A DNA stretch of 64,000 nucleotides from Elusimicrobiota bacterium (GTDB lineage: Bacteria > Elusimicrobiota > Elusimicrobia > UBA1565): assembly GCA_043827405.1 (NCBI GenBank), contig JBDRPD010000053.1, forward strand, positions 32,001-96,000, written 5' to 3'. Below are positions 47,230-57,230 of the stretch, piece after piece (position 1 is the stretch's first letter; each line of letters begins with the position of its first letter). Both the position numbers and the translations under genes were made by a program. Below the pieces are notes generated by a model. It saw only the letters and a program-made list of their open reading frames with translations, searched no databases and was not told the origin of the DNA.

Positions 47230-48339
47230 TTAACCGCGGTACTTGGCAAGCAGCTCGCGAACCCGGTCCAGCGGCAGCGCCGGAGCGAGATGGCCGTCGG
47301 CGCCGCGCATGCCGTCGGCCATGCACATCGAGTTGAGGATCGCTTCTTCCGTCGCATCGACCGCCGCGGCATACAGCGGGTCCATGCAGTCGTCGAGCAG
47401 GACCTTCATCCGGTAGAGCATCTTGCGGCTGCTGCGCGGAACCGCATTCGCCGTTGAAAAGCCGACGATAATCTCGCCGGAGCCGTGCGCGGCGAACGAA
47501 CCGGCCCGTCCGATTCCCAGACCGACCCGCTTGGCGATGCGGTTGACCTGGTTGGGCAGCAGCGGCGCGTCGGTGGCGAACACGGCGATAATGCTGCCGT
47601 AGGTGTCCTCGCGATGCGGCTGCTGCGTGAAGTCCGGCTTCAGGGAGCGGCCGACGGGGACGCCGTCCATCCGCAGGTCTTCCATGCGGCCGAAGTTGCT
47701 CATAACCAGGACGCCCAGCACGTAGTTCATGTCCGCGGTCTTGATGCGGCGCGACGACGTACCGATCCCGCCCTTGAAGTCGCAGGTAACCATACCCGTG
47801 CCGCCGCCGACGCTGCCCTCGATGACGCGGCCGCTCTGCGCGCTGTCGATCGCGGCGGCGACGTGGCGGGCATGCACGTGGCGCCCGGCGATATCATTGA
47901 GCCAGGAATCGTCGCACTCGCCCACCACCGGAATAACAACGTCCTCGCGGTTGCCGATCTCGGGATGCTTGCCGATCATGTACTGGACCAGCGCCTCGGA
48001 GCAGCGGCCGACCGAAAGCGTATTGGTCAGCAGGATCGGCGTCTCGATCAGGCCCCATTCCATCACCTGGGTCAGGCCCGATATTTCCCCGGCGCCGTGC
48101 AGGACAAATCCCCCGCCCACAACCCGGTTCATGAACACGTTCCCGGCCATGGGGAGGATGGCCGTCACTCCGGTGCGGACCGGCCCGCGGCCGCGCACTA
48201 GCGGCCCCTCGCCTTCGATGAGGGTCGTATGCCCGACCTGGACGCCGGGCACGTCGGTAATGGCATTGTAGCGGCCGGCCTGGAACGTCCCGATACGGAC
48301 GCCCAGGTCACGCACGCGGCATCTTGATTCGTTATTCAT
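47230..48339 (-). CDS. dmpA: DmpA/P1-family (S58) L-aminopeptidase/D-esterase
   Basis: NAITDVPGVQVGH, TGVTAILP, PVVGECDD, EGSVGGGTGM and the autocleavage site G|SIIAVFATDAPL. Confidence 0.88.
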   Translation of the reverse strand: MNNESRCRVRDLGVRIGTFQAGRYNAITDVPGVQVGHTTLIEGEGPLVRGRGPVRTGVTAILPMAGNVFMNRVVGGGFVLHGAGEISGLTQVMEWGLIETPILLTNTLSVGRCSEALVQYMIGKHPEIGNREDVVIPVVGECDDSWLNDIAGRHVHARHVAAAIDSAQSGRVIEGSVGGGTGMVTCDFKGGIGTSSRRIKTADMNYVLGVLVMSNFGRMEDLRMDGVPVGRSLKPDFTQQPHREDTYGSIIAVFATDAPLLPNQVNRIAKRVGLGIGRAGSFAAHGSGEIIVGFSTANAVPRSSRKMLYRMKVLLDDCMDPLYAAAVDATEEAILNSMCMADGMRGADGHLAPALPLDRVRELLAKYRG

Positions 48340-50381
48340 CACACCTGCAGCAGCAGCTTCCTTTTTTCTCTGAGCCGGCGGATGGCGGGAGACAGTATCT
48401 CGCCGATCAAAGTCCGATAGTCCATCCCCGCGCCTTCCGCGATCAGGCAGAGATCGGACCAGCCGGGGGTCAGCCCCGGCAGGGGGTTGCACTCCATGAA
48501 GTGCGGACGCCCGTTCGCGTCCAGGCGGAAGTCAAAGCGCGCGACATCGCGGCAGCCCAAGGCGTAGAATCCCTTGCGCGACATCCGCTCGAGCTCATTC
48601 TTGAGCCGGTCATCGATCTGGGCGGGAGCGTCATAGCCGATCTGCGCGTTCACGTTCAGCTTGGTGACGAACGAGTAGATCGGGAACTTCTCATCGGCGT
48701 TGAGGAACTTAACCTCCATCGGCGGCAGAACGCGCGGCCGGCGCTCGCCGAGCAAGGCCACCGTAAACTCCCGCCCGGGCAGGTACTCCTCGGCCAATGC
48801 CGCCTGGCCGTATTTGCCGATGAGATCGGCGGCGATCGCCCGGAGCTCGGCCTCATTGTGGACCACGCTGCGGCTGGCCACGCCCTTCGAGCTTCCTTCG
48901 GCCACCGGCTTGACGACCATGGGGTAGTTCATGTGCGCCGGCACCCGCTCTTTCCCCGTCACCAGCAGCAGAAACGCCGGCGTGCGCAGCCCCTCCTCCC
49001 GCACAATGCGTTTGGCCATGCCTTTGTCCAGGGTCAGCGCCATGGTCGCGGAGTCGGAGCCGGTATGCGGGATATTCAGCAGCTCGAGAAGCGCGGGGAT
49101 CTGGGCTTCCCGGTTGCGGCCGCGTATCCCTTCGGCGACGTTAAACACGACGTCGACATTGGACACCGCGAGCAGGTTCGGCAGCTCCGGCGTGGCCTCG
49201 AGCTCGACGACTTCATGGCCGTAGGACGCGATCGCGTCACTGATGGCGTGAATGGTCTTCGGGGCGTCGAACTCCGCCTCCTGATCCGTGTCGTTGTCCG
49301 CCGTGGGAATCAACCGCTTTACGTTGTAGGTAAAGCCCACACGCAGCTTCTTCGCGCCCGCGCTCCTCGCGGTTCCCGTCCGCAGCGAGAAGCCGTAGCG
49401 CTTGGCGGCGCTGGCCAGGATGGTGTTAAGCACGGCGTCCATGCCGTGCAGTCCGACCGCCTCCGCGGCGAGGTAGATTCCCGCTTCGGGCTCCAGGCTG
49501 GGCAAAGCGTTGGCCTCGATGAAATAGATATCCTCCTGCGGCGTGATCCGGAAGTCGATGCGGCCTAAATCCCGTATCCCGAGCGCCGGGAATATCTGCT
49601 GCGCGTAAGCCAACAGCCGGCGCTGCGTTTCGGGGACGAGATCGTCGAGCACCTGCGGCGCCACCTGCTCGCTGTTATCGTTTTTGAGCTGATAATCGTA
49701 GATCTGCAGGGAGCTGTTCGCTTTTTCCGGCGCCAGCTGGAAAGCATAGCCCACCGGCGGCAGGATGCCTTTGCTGCGCGGCGCCGCCCCTTCCAGAAAG
49801 GCGATCGAGACGTCCCGTCCGGGGATGAACTCCTCGGCCAGAACCCCGGCCGCGTAGCGCTCAAGGCCCTGCGCCGTCCGCTCGCGCAGTTCGGCGGCCG
49901 TATGCACCACCGAGAGCTCCGTGATCCCCTTGGAGCTGCCCTCGAAGTTCGGCTTCACGATCAGCGGGTAGCGCAGCCCGAGACTGACCAGATCGTCCAT
50001 CCGCGTGATGAACTTGGAGCGCGGGACCGGAACGCCCTGGGCCGCCAGGAGGCGCTTGGTCATGTCCTTGTCGAGAGTTATCGTGCAGACATAGGCGTCG
50101 GAGCCCGTAAACGGCAGGCCGAGCTGCTCGAACATCCCCGGGAAGAAGGCCTCGCGGTAGCGCCCCGTCGCCCCCTCGGCGGTATTAAAGACGAGCGACG
50201 GGTTGAGCGCCTCCAACCGCGCGATGGTCCGCGACGGCGGGCCGCCCACCTCGACCAGATCGACCCGGTGCCCGAGCCGCGTCAGGGAATCTTTAATGGC
50301 GTCGACGGTCTCCAGACTGTCGAACTCGGCTTCCTCTTCAATGAGACGCTGCCGGAGGTTGTGGGTGAAGGCGATATTCAT
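48339..50381 (-). CDS. Tandem-fused double D-Ala-D-Ala-ligase-like ATP-grasp protein
   Basis: Two complete repeats of EAEFD, VFNxAEG, TGSD..LDK, VKP..EGSSKG, EEF/YxPGR, RxDFR and ExNxLPxL. TGATG overlap with dmpA. Confidence 0.85.
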   Translation of the reverse strand: MNIAFTHNLRQRLIEEEAEFDSLETVDAIKDSLTRLGHRVDLVEVGGPPSRTIARLEALNPSLVFNTAEGATGRYREAFFPGMFEQLGLPFTGSDAYVCTITLDKDMTKRLLAAQGVPVPRSKFITRMDDLVSLGLRYPLIVKPNFEGSSKGITELSVVHTAAELRERTAQGLERYAAGVLAEEFIPGRDVSIAFLEGAAPRSKGILPPVGYAFQLAPEKANSSLQIYDYQLKNDNSEQVAPQVLDDLVPETQRRLLAYAQQIFPALGIRDLGRIDFRITPQEDIYFIEANALPSLEPEAGIYLAAEAVGLHGMDAVLNTILASAAKRYGFSLRTGTARSAGAKKLRVGFTYNVKRLIPTADNDTDQEAEFDAPKTIHAISDAIASYGHEVVELEATPELPNLLAVSNVDVVFNVAEGIRGRNREAQIPALLELLNIPHTGSDSATMALTLDKGMAKRIVREEGLRTPAFLLLVTGKERVPAHMNYPMVVKPVAEGSSKGVASRSVVHNEAELRAIAADLIGKYGQAALAEEYLPGREFTVALLGERRPRVLPPMEVKFLNADEKFPIYSFVTKLNVNAQIGYDAPAQIDDRLKNELERMSRKGFYALGCRDVARFDFRLDANGRPHFMECNPLPGLTPGWSDLCLIAEGAGMDYRTLIGEILSPAIRRLREKRKLLLQV

Positions 50382-50451
50382 CAGGTTGTGTATTGTACTA
50401 CGTGTTGAGCCCAAAATGGTTCCTACCGGGCATTGGCGCCGCGGACGGATA

Positions 50452-50480
50452 TTGACCAACACGGGCGTTTTTGATATCAG
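50452..50480 (+). promoter_or_regulatory. Possible sigma70 promoter of the pilT operon
   Basis: TTGACC-N17-TATCAG with a TG extension. The -10 is imperfect. Confidence 0.3.
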
Positions 50481-50525
50481 AGATACTCCGGACCCTTATC
50501 AACCTAAAACCCTCAACCCAAAACC

Positions 50526-51605
50526 ATGGCCAAAATTGACGCGTTCTTTAAACTGATGTTCGAGCAGGGAGCGTCCGATCTGCACCTGGTCTCAGGACAG
50601 CGGCCGATCGTGCGCCTCAACGGCGAGATGGAACGCATCAAGTACGAAGTGCTCGAAAACGACAAGCTCAAAGACATGCTCTACGAGATCGCCCCCGAGA
50701 TCAAGTGCAAGCAGTTCGAGGAAACCGGCGATGTGGACTTCGGCTACGAGGTCGTGGGCATGGCGCGCTTCCGGGCCAATTTTTTCAATCAGCGCAACGG
50801 CTGCGCGGCGGTGTTCCGGCAGATTCCGAGCAAGGTGCTGACCGCGGAAGATCTGGGCCTGCCGCCGATCCTGCTGCAGGCCGCGATGTACAAGAAGGGC
50901 CTGGTCCTGGTAACCGGCCCGACGGGGAGCGGCAAATCGACGACGCTGGCCGCGATGATGGACCATGCCAACAAGAACCGCCGCGACCACATAATCACCG
51001 TTGAGGATCCTATTGAGTTCGTACACCAGAGCCAGGGATGTCTCGTCAACCAGCGCGAGGTCGGCAGGGATACCCGGTCCTTCGCGTCGGCCCTCAAGGG
51101 CGCCCTGCGCCAGGACCCCGACATTATTCTCGTCGGCGAAATGCGCGACCTCGAGACGATCCGTCTGGCGGTGGAGGCGGCGGCGACGGGACACCTCGTC
51201 TTCGGCACCCTGCATACCATCAGCGCCCCCAAGACCGTGGACCGCGTCATCGAGGTCTTCCCGCACGAGGAGCAAAGCCAGATTCGCAACACCTTGGCGA
51301 CGAGCCTGAAGATGGTCGTGGCCCAGAACCTCTTCCGCCGCATCGACAAGAAGGGCCGATGCTGCGCCCTGGAGATCATGGTATGCACCAGCGCCATCTC
51401 CAACCAAATCCGTGAGAACAAAACCCATCAGATGCAGTCGTCGATCGATACCGGCAAGAAGCAGGGAATGCAGTCTTTGGACTCCGGGATCATGGAGCTC
51501 CTGGACAAGGGCTGGATCAGCGCCGAGGAGGCTTTCGACAAGTGCATCGACAAGGCCAAATTCCTGCCGCGGCTAACGGAGAAGCCGGCCGACTACTTCG
51601 GCTGA
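50526..51605 (+). CDS. pilT: Type IV pilus retraction ATPase PilT
   Basis: ASDLHL, GPTGSGKST, TVEDPIE, LRQDPD, GEMRD, GTLHT and AISNQIRE (AIRNLIRE-like). Confidence 0.93.
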   Translation: MAKIDAFFKLMFEQGASDLHLVSGQRPIVRLNGEMERIKYEVLENDKLKDMLYEIAPEIKCKQFEETGDVDFGYEVVGMARFRANFFNQRNGCAAVFRQIPSKVLTAEDLGLPPILLQAAMYKKGLVLVTGPTGSGKSTTLAAMMDHANKNRRDHIITVEDPIEFVHQSQGCLVNQREVGRDTRSFASALKGALRQDPDIILVGEMRDLETIRLAVEAAATGHLVFGTLHTISAPKTVDRVIEVFPHEEQSQIRNTLATSLKMVVAQNLFRRIDKKGRCCALEIMVCTSAISNQIRENKTHQMQSSIDTGKKQGMQSLDSGIMELLDKGWISAEEAFDKCIDKAKFLPRLTEKPADYFG

Positions 51606-51615
51606 GCACCCAACT

Positions 51616-52782
51616 ATGAGAAAAGCGCAAATCGACTATATGCTGGGAAGGATGCTGCGCTCCTTTTCCGGCGTCTCGGACCTAAACATCTCGGTCGACC
51701 GGCCGCTGCAGGTCGAATCATCGGGCCAGCTGATGAAGGTGCCCATTCAGCCCGACATCGAAAAACTGACCCCGTTTCAGACCGAGGTTTTTGCCCTCAA
51801 CCTCATCCATAACGACCAGCGCCTGTTCAAAAAACTCCTCGAAGAAGGCTCCTGCGACAGCTCGTACGCCTTAGCCGACGCCCGGTTCCGCGTGAACATC
51901 TTCTCCCAGCGGGGCAAGTACTCGATCGTACTGCGCAAGCTGGAGACCCGGATCGCGACCCTGAAGGACCTCAACATGCCGGACGCCTTCTACAAAATGC
52001 CCAAGGAGAAGAACGGGCTCGTCCTGGTGACCGGAGCCACCGGCAGCGGCAAGTCGACGTCGCTGGCGGCGCTCCTGCGCGAGCTCAACGAAACCCAGTC
52101 GATCCACATCGTTACGCTTGAGGACCCGGTCGAGTTCGTGCACCGGAATATCAAGGCGACGTTCAACCAGCGCGAGCTCGGCGGCGATTTCGACACTTTC
52201 TCCAGCGGCCTGCGCGCCGCGCTGCGCCAGGGGCCGAAGGTCATCCTCGTCGGCGAGATGCGCGATCGCGAGACCGTCGAGCTGGGGATGAAAGCCGCCG
52301 AGACCGGCCACCTCGTAGTCAGCACTTTGCACACCATAGACGCCGGGCAGACGATCAACCGCATCGTCGGCATGTTCAGCCAGGAGGAGGAGCTGCAGGT
52401 CCGCCAGCGTCTCGCCGAGACGATCCGCTGGATTGTCGGCCAGCGTCTGGTGCCGAAGACCGGGGGCGGCCGCCTGGCCATCCATGACATCCTGGGCAAC
52501 AATATGCGGACCAAGGAGTCCATTCTGCAGGGCGAATGCGAGGGCAAGACCTTCTACGAAATCCAGGAGGCGAGCCAGGCCTTCGGCATGCAGACCTTCG
52601 ACCAAGCGCTGATCGCGGCTTTCGAGAAGAATCTGGTTTCCAAAGAAAACGCCGAGCTCTACGCGACCCATAAGCCGGTCGTCCAGCGCGGAATCGACCG
52701 CATTAAGCAGGGCCGCGGCGAGAAGACAACCGAGATCGAGGGCCTGGTCCTTGAATCCGAAGCGGAAGGGGCCGCGGTATAA
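51616..52782 (+). CDS. pilU: PilT/PilU family ATPase
   Basis: GATGSGKST, EDPVE, GEMRD, STLHT and GMQTFDQ. It lacks AIRNLIRE and lies in tandem with pilT. Confidence 0.8.
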   Translation: MRKAQIDYMLGRMLRSFSGVSDLNISVDRPLQVESSGQLMKVPIQPDIEKLTPFQTEVFALNLIHNDQRLFKKLLEEGSCDSSYALADARFRVNIFSQRGKYSIVLRKLETRIATLKDLNMPDAFYKMPKEKNGLVLVTGATGSGKSTSLAALLRELNETQSIHIVTLEDPVEFVHRNIKATFNQRELGGDFDTFSSGLRAALRQGPKVILVGEMRDRETVELGMKAAETGHLVVSTLHTIDAGQTINRIVGMFSQEEELQVRQRLAETIRWIVGQRLVPKTGGGRLAIHDILGNNMRTKESILQGECEGKTFYEIQEASQAFGMQTFDQALIAAFEKNLVSKENAELYATHKPVVQRGIDRIKQGRGEKTTEIEGLVLESEAEGAAV

Positions 52783-52785
52783 ACC

Positions 52786-53466
52786 ATGAATATCACCTGC
52801 AAATCCTGTGCCGCAGAGCTAAACCTGCCGGACGACAAGATCCCCCAGAACATTCCCCGCATCACCGTAAAGTGCCCGAAGTGCCAGCAGCCGATCGTGA
52901 TCGAGTTCAATAAGCCGGCCGCCCAAGCGCCCGCGGCCGCGCCGCCCACTGAGGATATCCCTCAGCCGGCCGCCCCGCCGCCGCCCGCCGAGCCCCCGCC
53001 GGAAGAGGAGTTCGACGAAATCGAAGGCCTCGCGGAAGGCGACCGCCTGGCCATGGTCTGCTTTGACGACTCCGCGGCCCGGGACGCGGCAAAGAAGGCG
53101 CTGGAGAACCTTGCGTATGCCGTGCACACCCCCGCCAAGCCGGCGGAGGGAGTCTTCTGGCTGCGGCGCTATAAATACGAGGTCGTCCTCGTCCACCGCG
53201 ACTATGGCGGCTCGGAAGCGGAGAATCCGGTGCTGCGGTACCTGCGGCCGCTGGCGATGTTGCACCGCCGGGAAATGTGCGTCGGGCTGGTCGGCAAGGA
53301 CATAAAGACCCTCGACAATATGACGGCTTTCGCCAAGAGCGCGAACTTTGTCATCGCCGAGGGAGACCTGGAAAAGCTCGAGGATATCACGCGCAAGACC
53401 GTGGCGGATAACGACAAGTTCTATCGACCATTCAAAGAAGCGCTGCGTGAAGCGGGCAAGGTTTAG
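52786..53466 (+). CDS. Zinc-ribbon (MJ0042-like) domain protein with a degenerate receiver-like C-terminal domain
   Basis: CKSC...CPKC followed by a Pro-rich linker and an alpha/beta domain. Confidence 0.7.
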   Translation: MNITCKSCAAELNLPDDKIPQNIPRITVKCPKCQQPIVIEFNKPAAQAPAAAPPTEDIPQPAAPPPPAEPPPEEEFDEIEGLAEGDRLAMVCFDDSAARDAAKKALENLAYAVHTPAKPAEGVFWLRRYKYEVVLVHRDYGGSEAENPVLRYLRPLAMLHRREMCVGLVGKDIKTLDNMTAFAKSANFVIAEGDLEKLEDITRKTVADNDKFYRPFKEALREAGKV

Positions 53467-53477
53467 CCAAGGATAAT

Positions 53478-54305
53478 ATGCTGTTTGTCGACAAGCTCAA
53501 GCTCCTAAAAGCCATCCCCATGCTGCACCGCCTCCCGGACCGGCAGCTCACGACTCTGGGCGGATTTCTGCGGCCCCGCGAGCTCAAGCACGGCGAGGTC
53601 CTGTTTCAGGAAGGCTCCATGGGGATGAGCCTGTATTTCGTATCGCGCGGCCAGATCCGGATCTCGATGCACGTCGCCGGCGATGAGCACCAGGACCTGG
53701 CGTTCTTCAACCCCGGAATCCTGTTCGGCGAGGCGGCGCTGATCGATAAGTCCACCCGCAGCGCGAGCGCCAGCGCCGTCGGCGACACGCTGCTGTTCGA
53801 GCTCTTCCGCGGAGACCTGGACCGCTGGGCCAAACAGAACCCGCAGCATGCGGTGCAGTTCTTCGCCGAGCTGGTGCACGTCCAGTCGACACGCCTGCGC
53901 CGGACCTCGACCGAGCTCACTTTACACTCGGTGCTGGCGAACCTTATGCTCGACGACAGCGAGTCCGAGCAGGAGTTCATGGCCAAGGTCATCGACGGCA
54001 TTCTGCCGCACCTGGAAGACGGGTGGTCGGCGGCGGCGCAGCTGGACGGTCAAGCCCTGGTCTCGCAGGGCGGCTTCGATTTCACGCCGGTCGCCGAACA
54101 GCTCGGCGAGACCGTGGCCAAGGGCGGCGCCTGGTACGATGACTCGACCTACCATGTCACGCTGCTGGGGGGCGGGGACGTTCTCGGCCGCCTGATCTTC
54201 CATGCGCCCGCCGTGCTGCAGAAAGAGGATCAGGACGAAATCGGCCGGACGCTGAGCGGCGCTTCGCGCATGGTTTCGATCGCGCTCCGAGCCCGGCGGC
54301 CCTGA
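53478..54305 (+). CDS. Cyclic nucleotide-binding domain protein
   Basis: LFQEG, LYFVSRG and FGEAALID..TRSASA. Confidence 0.82.
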   Translation: MLFVDKLKLLKAIPMLHRLPDRQLTTLGGFLRPRELKHGEVLFQEGSMGMSLYFVSRGQIRISMHVAGDEHQDLAFFNPGILFGEAALIDKSTRSASASAVGDTLLFELFRGDLDRWAKQNPQHAVQFFAELVHVQSTRLRRTSTELTLHSVLANLMLDDSESEQEFMAKVIDGILPHLEDGWSAAAQLDGQALVSQGGFDFTPVAEQLGETVAKGGAWYDDSTYHVTLLGGGDVLGRLIFHAPAVLQKEDQDEIGRTLSGASRMVSIALRARRP

Positions 54306-54313
54306 CCGGCGTC

Positions 54314-54970
54314 GTGAGCGTCAAGCTCCCCCCAAAACGCGCCGCCCTATTCGACCTGGACGGAACCTTGGTCGACACCGAACCCATTCACTGCGCGAGC
54401 ACCAACCGCGTCCTTGAGCCGCTCGGCGCCCGCATGACCTACGAGGAAACGTTCCAGTATATCGGCTGGTCCGAGATACCCTTCTGGGAGGACCTCGTCC
54501 GCCGCTTCAACCTGCGCGTCGATCCCCATGAGCTCAAAGCCCGCCGCTCCGCGGCCTATATCGAGCTGATAGGGAGCGGCAGGCTTGAGCCGCTGCCGGG
54601 CGCACGGGAGCTGCTGCGAGCCTGCCGCGCCGCCGGGATGCCCTGCGCCATCGCCTCCTCCTCGCCGCGCGAACAGATCGCGGCGAATTTACGGGCCTCC
54701 GGACTGGCCGACTTCTTCCAGGCGACGATCTCCGGACATGACGATGTCGAGCGCGGCAAGCCCCATCCGGACATCTACCTGGCGGCGGCCGCCGCCGTCG
54801 GCGTCGCCGCCGCGGAGGCGGTAGCCTTCGAGGACACGGTGACCGGGGTGCGTTCCGCGAGCGCGGCCGGCTGTCTGGTCGTTCTCATCCCCCGGCCCTA
54901 CACCGGCGGGTTGGAAGGGCTCCAGCCGGACTTCGCGGTCGCAAGCCTCGCGGATATCGAGCTCGGCTAA
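54314..54970 (+). CDS. HAD-family phosphatase (beta-PGM-like)
   Basis: FDLDGTLVDT, KPHPDIY and FEDT. Confidence 0.9.
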   Translation: MSVKLPPKRAALFDLDGTLVDTEPIHCASTNRVLEPLGARMTYEETFQYIGWSEIPFWEDLVRRFNLRVDPHELKARRSAAYIELIGSGRLEPLPGARELLRACRAAGMPCAIASSSPREQIAANLRASGLADFFQATISGHDDVERGKPHPDIYLAAAAAVGVAAAEAVAFEDTVTGVRSASAAGCLVVLIPRPYTGGLEGLQPDFAVASLADIELG

Positions 54971-56382
54971 TCCCGCCCTGCGGCGGGACCGTCCGCCGTC
55001 AGCGCCCGGTAAACATTCTCCGCCATGATCTCGTAGCCGGCGGGAGTTAGATGGTCGTTATCCTCGAGATAGGCTTCCCGTCCGCCCTTTTCGAGCAGTC
55101 CCGCGAAGTGCTTCCGGTTGTCCACCAGCATGAGACCATGCTTGCGTGCGACCTCCGCGAGCACCCGGTTGGCGCTCTTGTACTCTACCGGATAGTTCTG
55201 CAGCACGACCCGGATGCCGCGCTCCCGGCTCAGGCGGACGATCTCGTCCCAGGCCTCCATGCGCCGGCGGTCGACGTAGCGATCCATAGCGTCGCGATCG
55301 GACAGGTATTTGCGGAAGTTAACGAACATCCCGTTGCCCAGCAGGCCGGGATGCTTGGCGGCGCCCGCATCGAGAACCCGCAGCACATCCTCGGCCGTAT
55401 ACTTGCTCTGCAGCTGATAGGTCTGCACGAAGAAGTAGCTCGCCGTATCGAACTCCGGCGTCCAGAACGCCGCGGGGAACTTCTCCGCCATATCCAGCAG
55501 CAGCGCGAAGAACTTGTCGTAGCGCGCTCGCGGCGTATAAACGACGCTCGCATAGTCGGCCAGAAACGAGGCGAAGTCGGCGGCCGAGCGCATATCCAAA
55601 TCGTCATGCGACGTCTCCTCCCGCGAGAAGGCCTGATGGATCTCGTCCACCAGCGCGGGCGCGAGCGGCTTGGCCTGATCCCCGCCCATGTCCCGCGTAT
55701 GCGCGGCGTAGACCCCCAGCAGGGTCGCGAGCCGCTTCTCCATGGACAACCCCTCTTCCTCGCCGTCCGCGTCCGCGCCGTAGCGCGCCAGCCAGCTCAA
55801 TTTGATGTGACGCCAAACTTTGTACAGGCGCAAAGTATAGACCCAGCCCGCCGGCAGCACATCCGCCCAAGAGGTGTCGTCGGCCGTCATCTTCTTCTCC
55901 ACCAGCGGCAGGTTGAATAAATCAGCGGCGCCGACGAGCACCACGATGGTATCCGGACCCCGGCCCTCCGGGTTTTCCGCCAAATAGCGCTTGAGCTTGG
56001 CCGCCACGCCGAAGGTGCTCTCTTCGCATTTCGCGATATTGTAAACCGCCGCGCGCGCGCCGGAGTCGGCGAAGCGCCGGTAGAGATAGTAGGGGTAGCT
56101 GTGGTAGCTTTTGACGTTGCCGGCATTGGTCAATGAATCGCCGAAGGTCAGGATCAGGCGGCCCCGGCCGCGGCCGTCGCGGTAGCGCTCGAACGCCGAA
56201 TCCGAATCGGCGATGGCGTCATCATACGGCGGGGTAAACGCCGCCGTCCGGCCGGCGGTCACGGCATAGCCGGCGGCGCGCAGGCCGAGCTCCAGCAGCG
56301 TCAAGCTCAGCAGCAGGCTGACGAAGAAAATCCCGAGCTTTACGGCCGGGGAATCCCGATATTTGGAAATCAGCTTCTTCAC
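54967..56382 (-). CDS. Membrane-anchored SGNH/GDSL hydrolase, paralogue 5
   Basis: GTG at 56382 aligns with the paralogue N-termini. FGDSLTNAG and DNDHLTPAGY. Confidence 0.85.
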   Translation of the reverse strand: MKKLISKYRDSPAVKLGIFFVSLLLSLTLLELGLRAAGYAVTAGRTAAFTPPYDDAIADSDSAFERYRDGRGRGRLILTFGDSLTNAGNVKSYHSYPYYLYRRFADSGARAAVYNIAKCEESTFGVAAKLKRYLAENPEGRGPDTIVVLVGAADLFNLPLVEKKMTADDTSWADVLPAGWVYTLRLYKVWRHIKLSWLARYGADADGEEEGLSMEKRLATLLGVYAAHTRDMGGDQAKPLAPALVDEIHQAFSREETSHDDLDMRSAADFASFLADYASVVYTPRARYDKFFALLLDMAEKFPAAFWTPEFDTASYFFVQTYQLQSKYTAEDVLRVLDAGAAKHPGLLGNGMFVNFRKYLSDRDAMDRYVDRRRMEAWDEIVRLSRERGIRVVLQNYPVEYKSANRVLAEVARKHGLMLVDNRKHFAGLLEKGGREAYLEDNDHLTPAGYEIMAENVYRALTADGPAAGRD

Positions 56383-56423
56383 AGGAACGGAGTCCGACGC
56401 CGACTTATTGTATCCTATCGCTG

Positions 56424-57230
56424 ATGCGACCGCCAACGAAGCTCAAGACCGCCGCCGCCTGCGCCCTGGCCGTCCTGCTGCTCGGCGCCTGCGGCCGGAC
56501 GCAGGAAGAGCTCACCCGGGACCTCTACGAAGCCGCGGCGGTCGGCGATGCCGAGGACGTGCGCCGTCTGCTGCGCAAAAATCCGGCGCTGGCCAAAGGC
56601 TCCGATATCGTTTTCACCCGCAAGTCCCCTCTGCACGTGGCGAGCGAGCGCGAGGTGGTAACGGCGCTGCTGGAAGCCGGCGCCGACATCAACGCGGTCG
56701 ACGTCATGGGGCTGACGCCGCTGCATACGGCCAAGCGGCCCGAGATCGTCGACATCCTGATCGCGGCGGGCGCCGACGTGAAGGCGCAGGGAGCGGTCGG
56801 CGCGACGCCGCTGCATATGGCGACTTTCCCCAATGTCGCCCAAGCCCTGCTGAAGCACGGCGCCGACATCGAGGCGATGTCGCGGGACCGCGGCACCCCG
56901 CTCTACTCGCAGACGCTCGACGGCCGCTTCAGCATCGTCGAGATGCTGCTGCATGACGGCGCGGACGTCGCGCGCGCCGAGCCGTCCAGCGGGCGCACGC
57001 CCCTGCACGCCGCCGCCGCCGCGGGCTCCACGGATATCGTCGAACTGCTGCTGCGCTCCCGCGCCGACATCAACGCCAAGGACAAGGCCGGAGATACCCC
57101 GCTATGCGCCGCCGTTCGCGGCGACCAGCTCTTCACCGCCCGCCTGCTGCTGAATAAGGGCGCGCGGAAAGGGCAAGCGGGCGAGCTCGCGAAAAGCCCG
57201 GAGATGAAGCGGCTCTTCGGCGCCAAATGA
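56424..57230 (+). CDS. Ankyrin-repeat lipoprotein
   Basis: Lipobox LLGAC and multiple TPLH..A..GADIN repeats. ATGA overlap with the peroxidase gene. Confidence 0.88.
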   Translation: MRPPTKLKTAAACALAVLLLGACGRTQEELTRDLYEAAAVGDAEDVRRLLRKNPALAKGSDIVFTRKSPLHVASEREVVTALLEAGADINAVDVMGLTPLHTAKRPEIVDILIAAGADVKAQGAVGATPLHMATFPNVAQALLKHGADIEAMSRDRGTPLYSQTLDGRFSIVEMLLHDGADVARAEPSSGRTPLHAAAAAGSTDIVELLLRSRADINAKDKAGDTPLCAAVRGDQLFTARLLLNKGARKGQAGELAKSPEMKRLFGAK

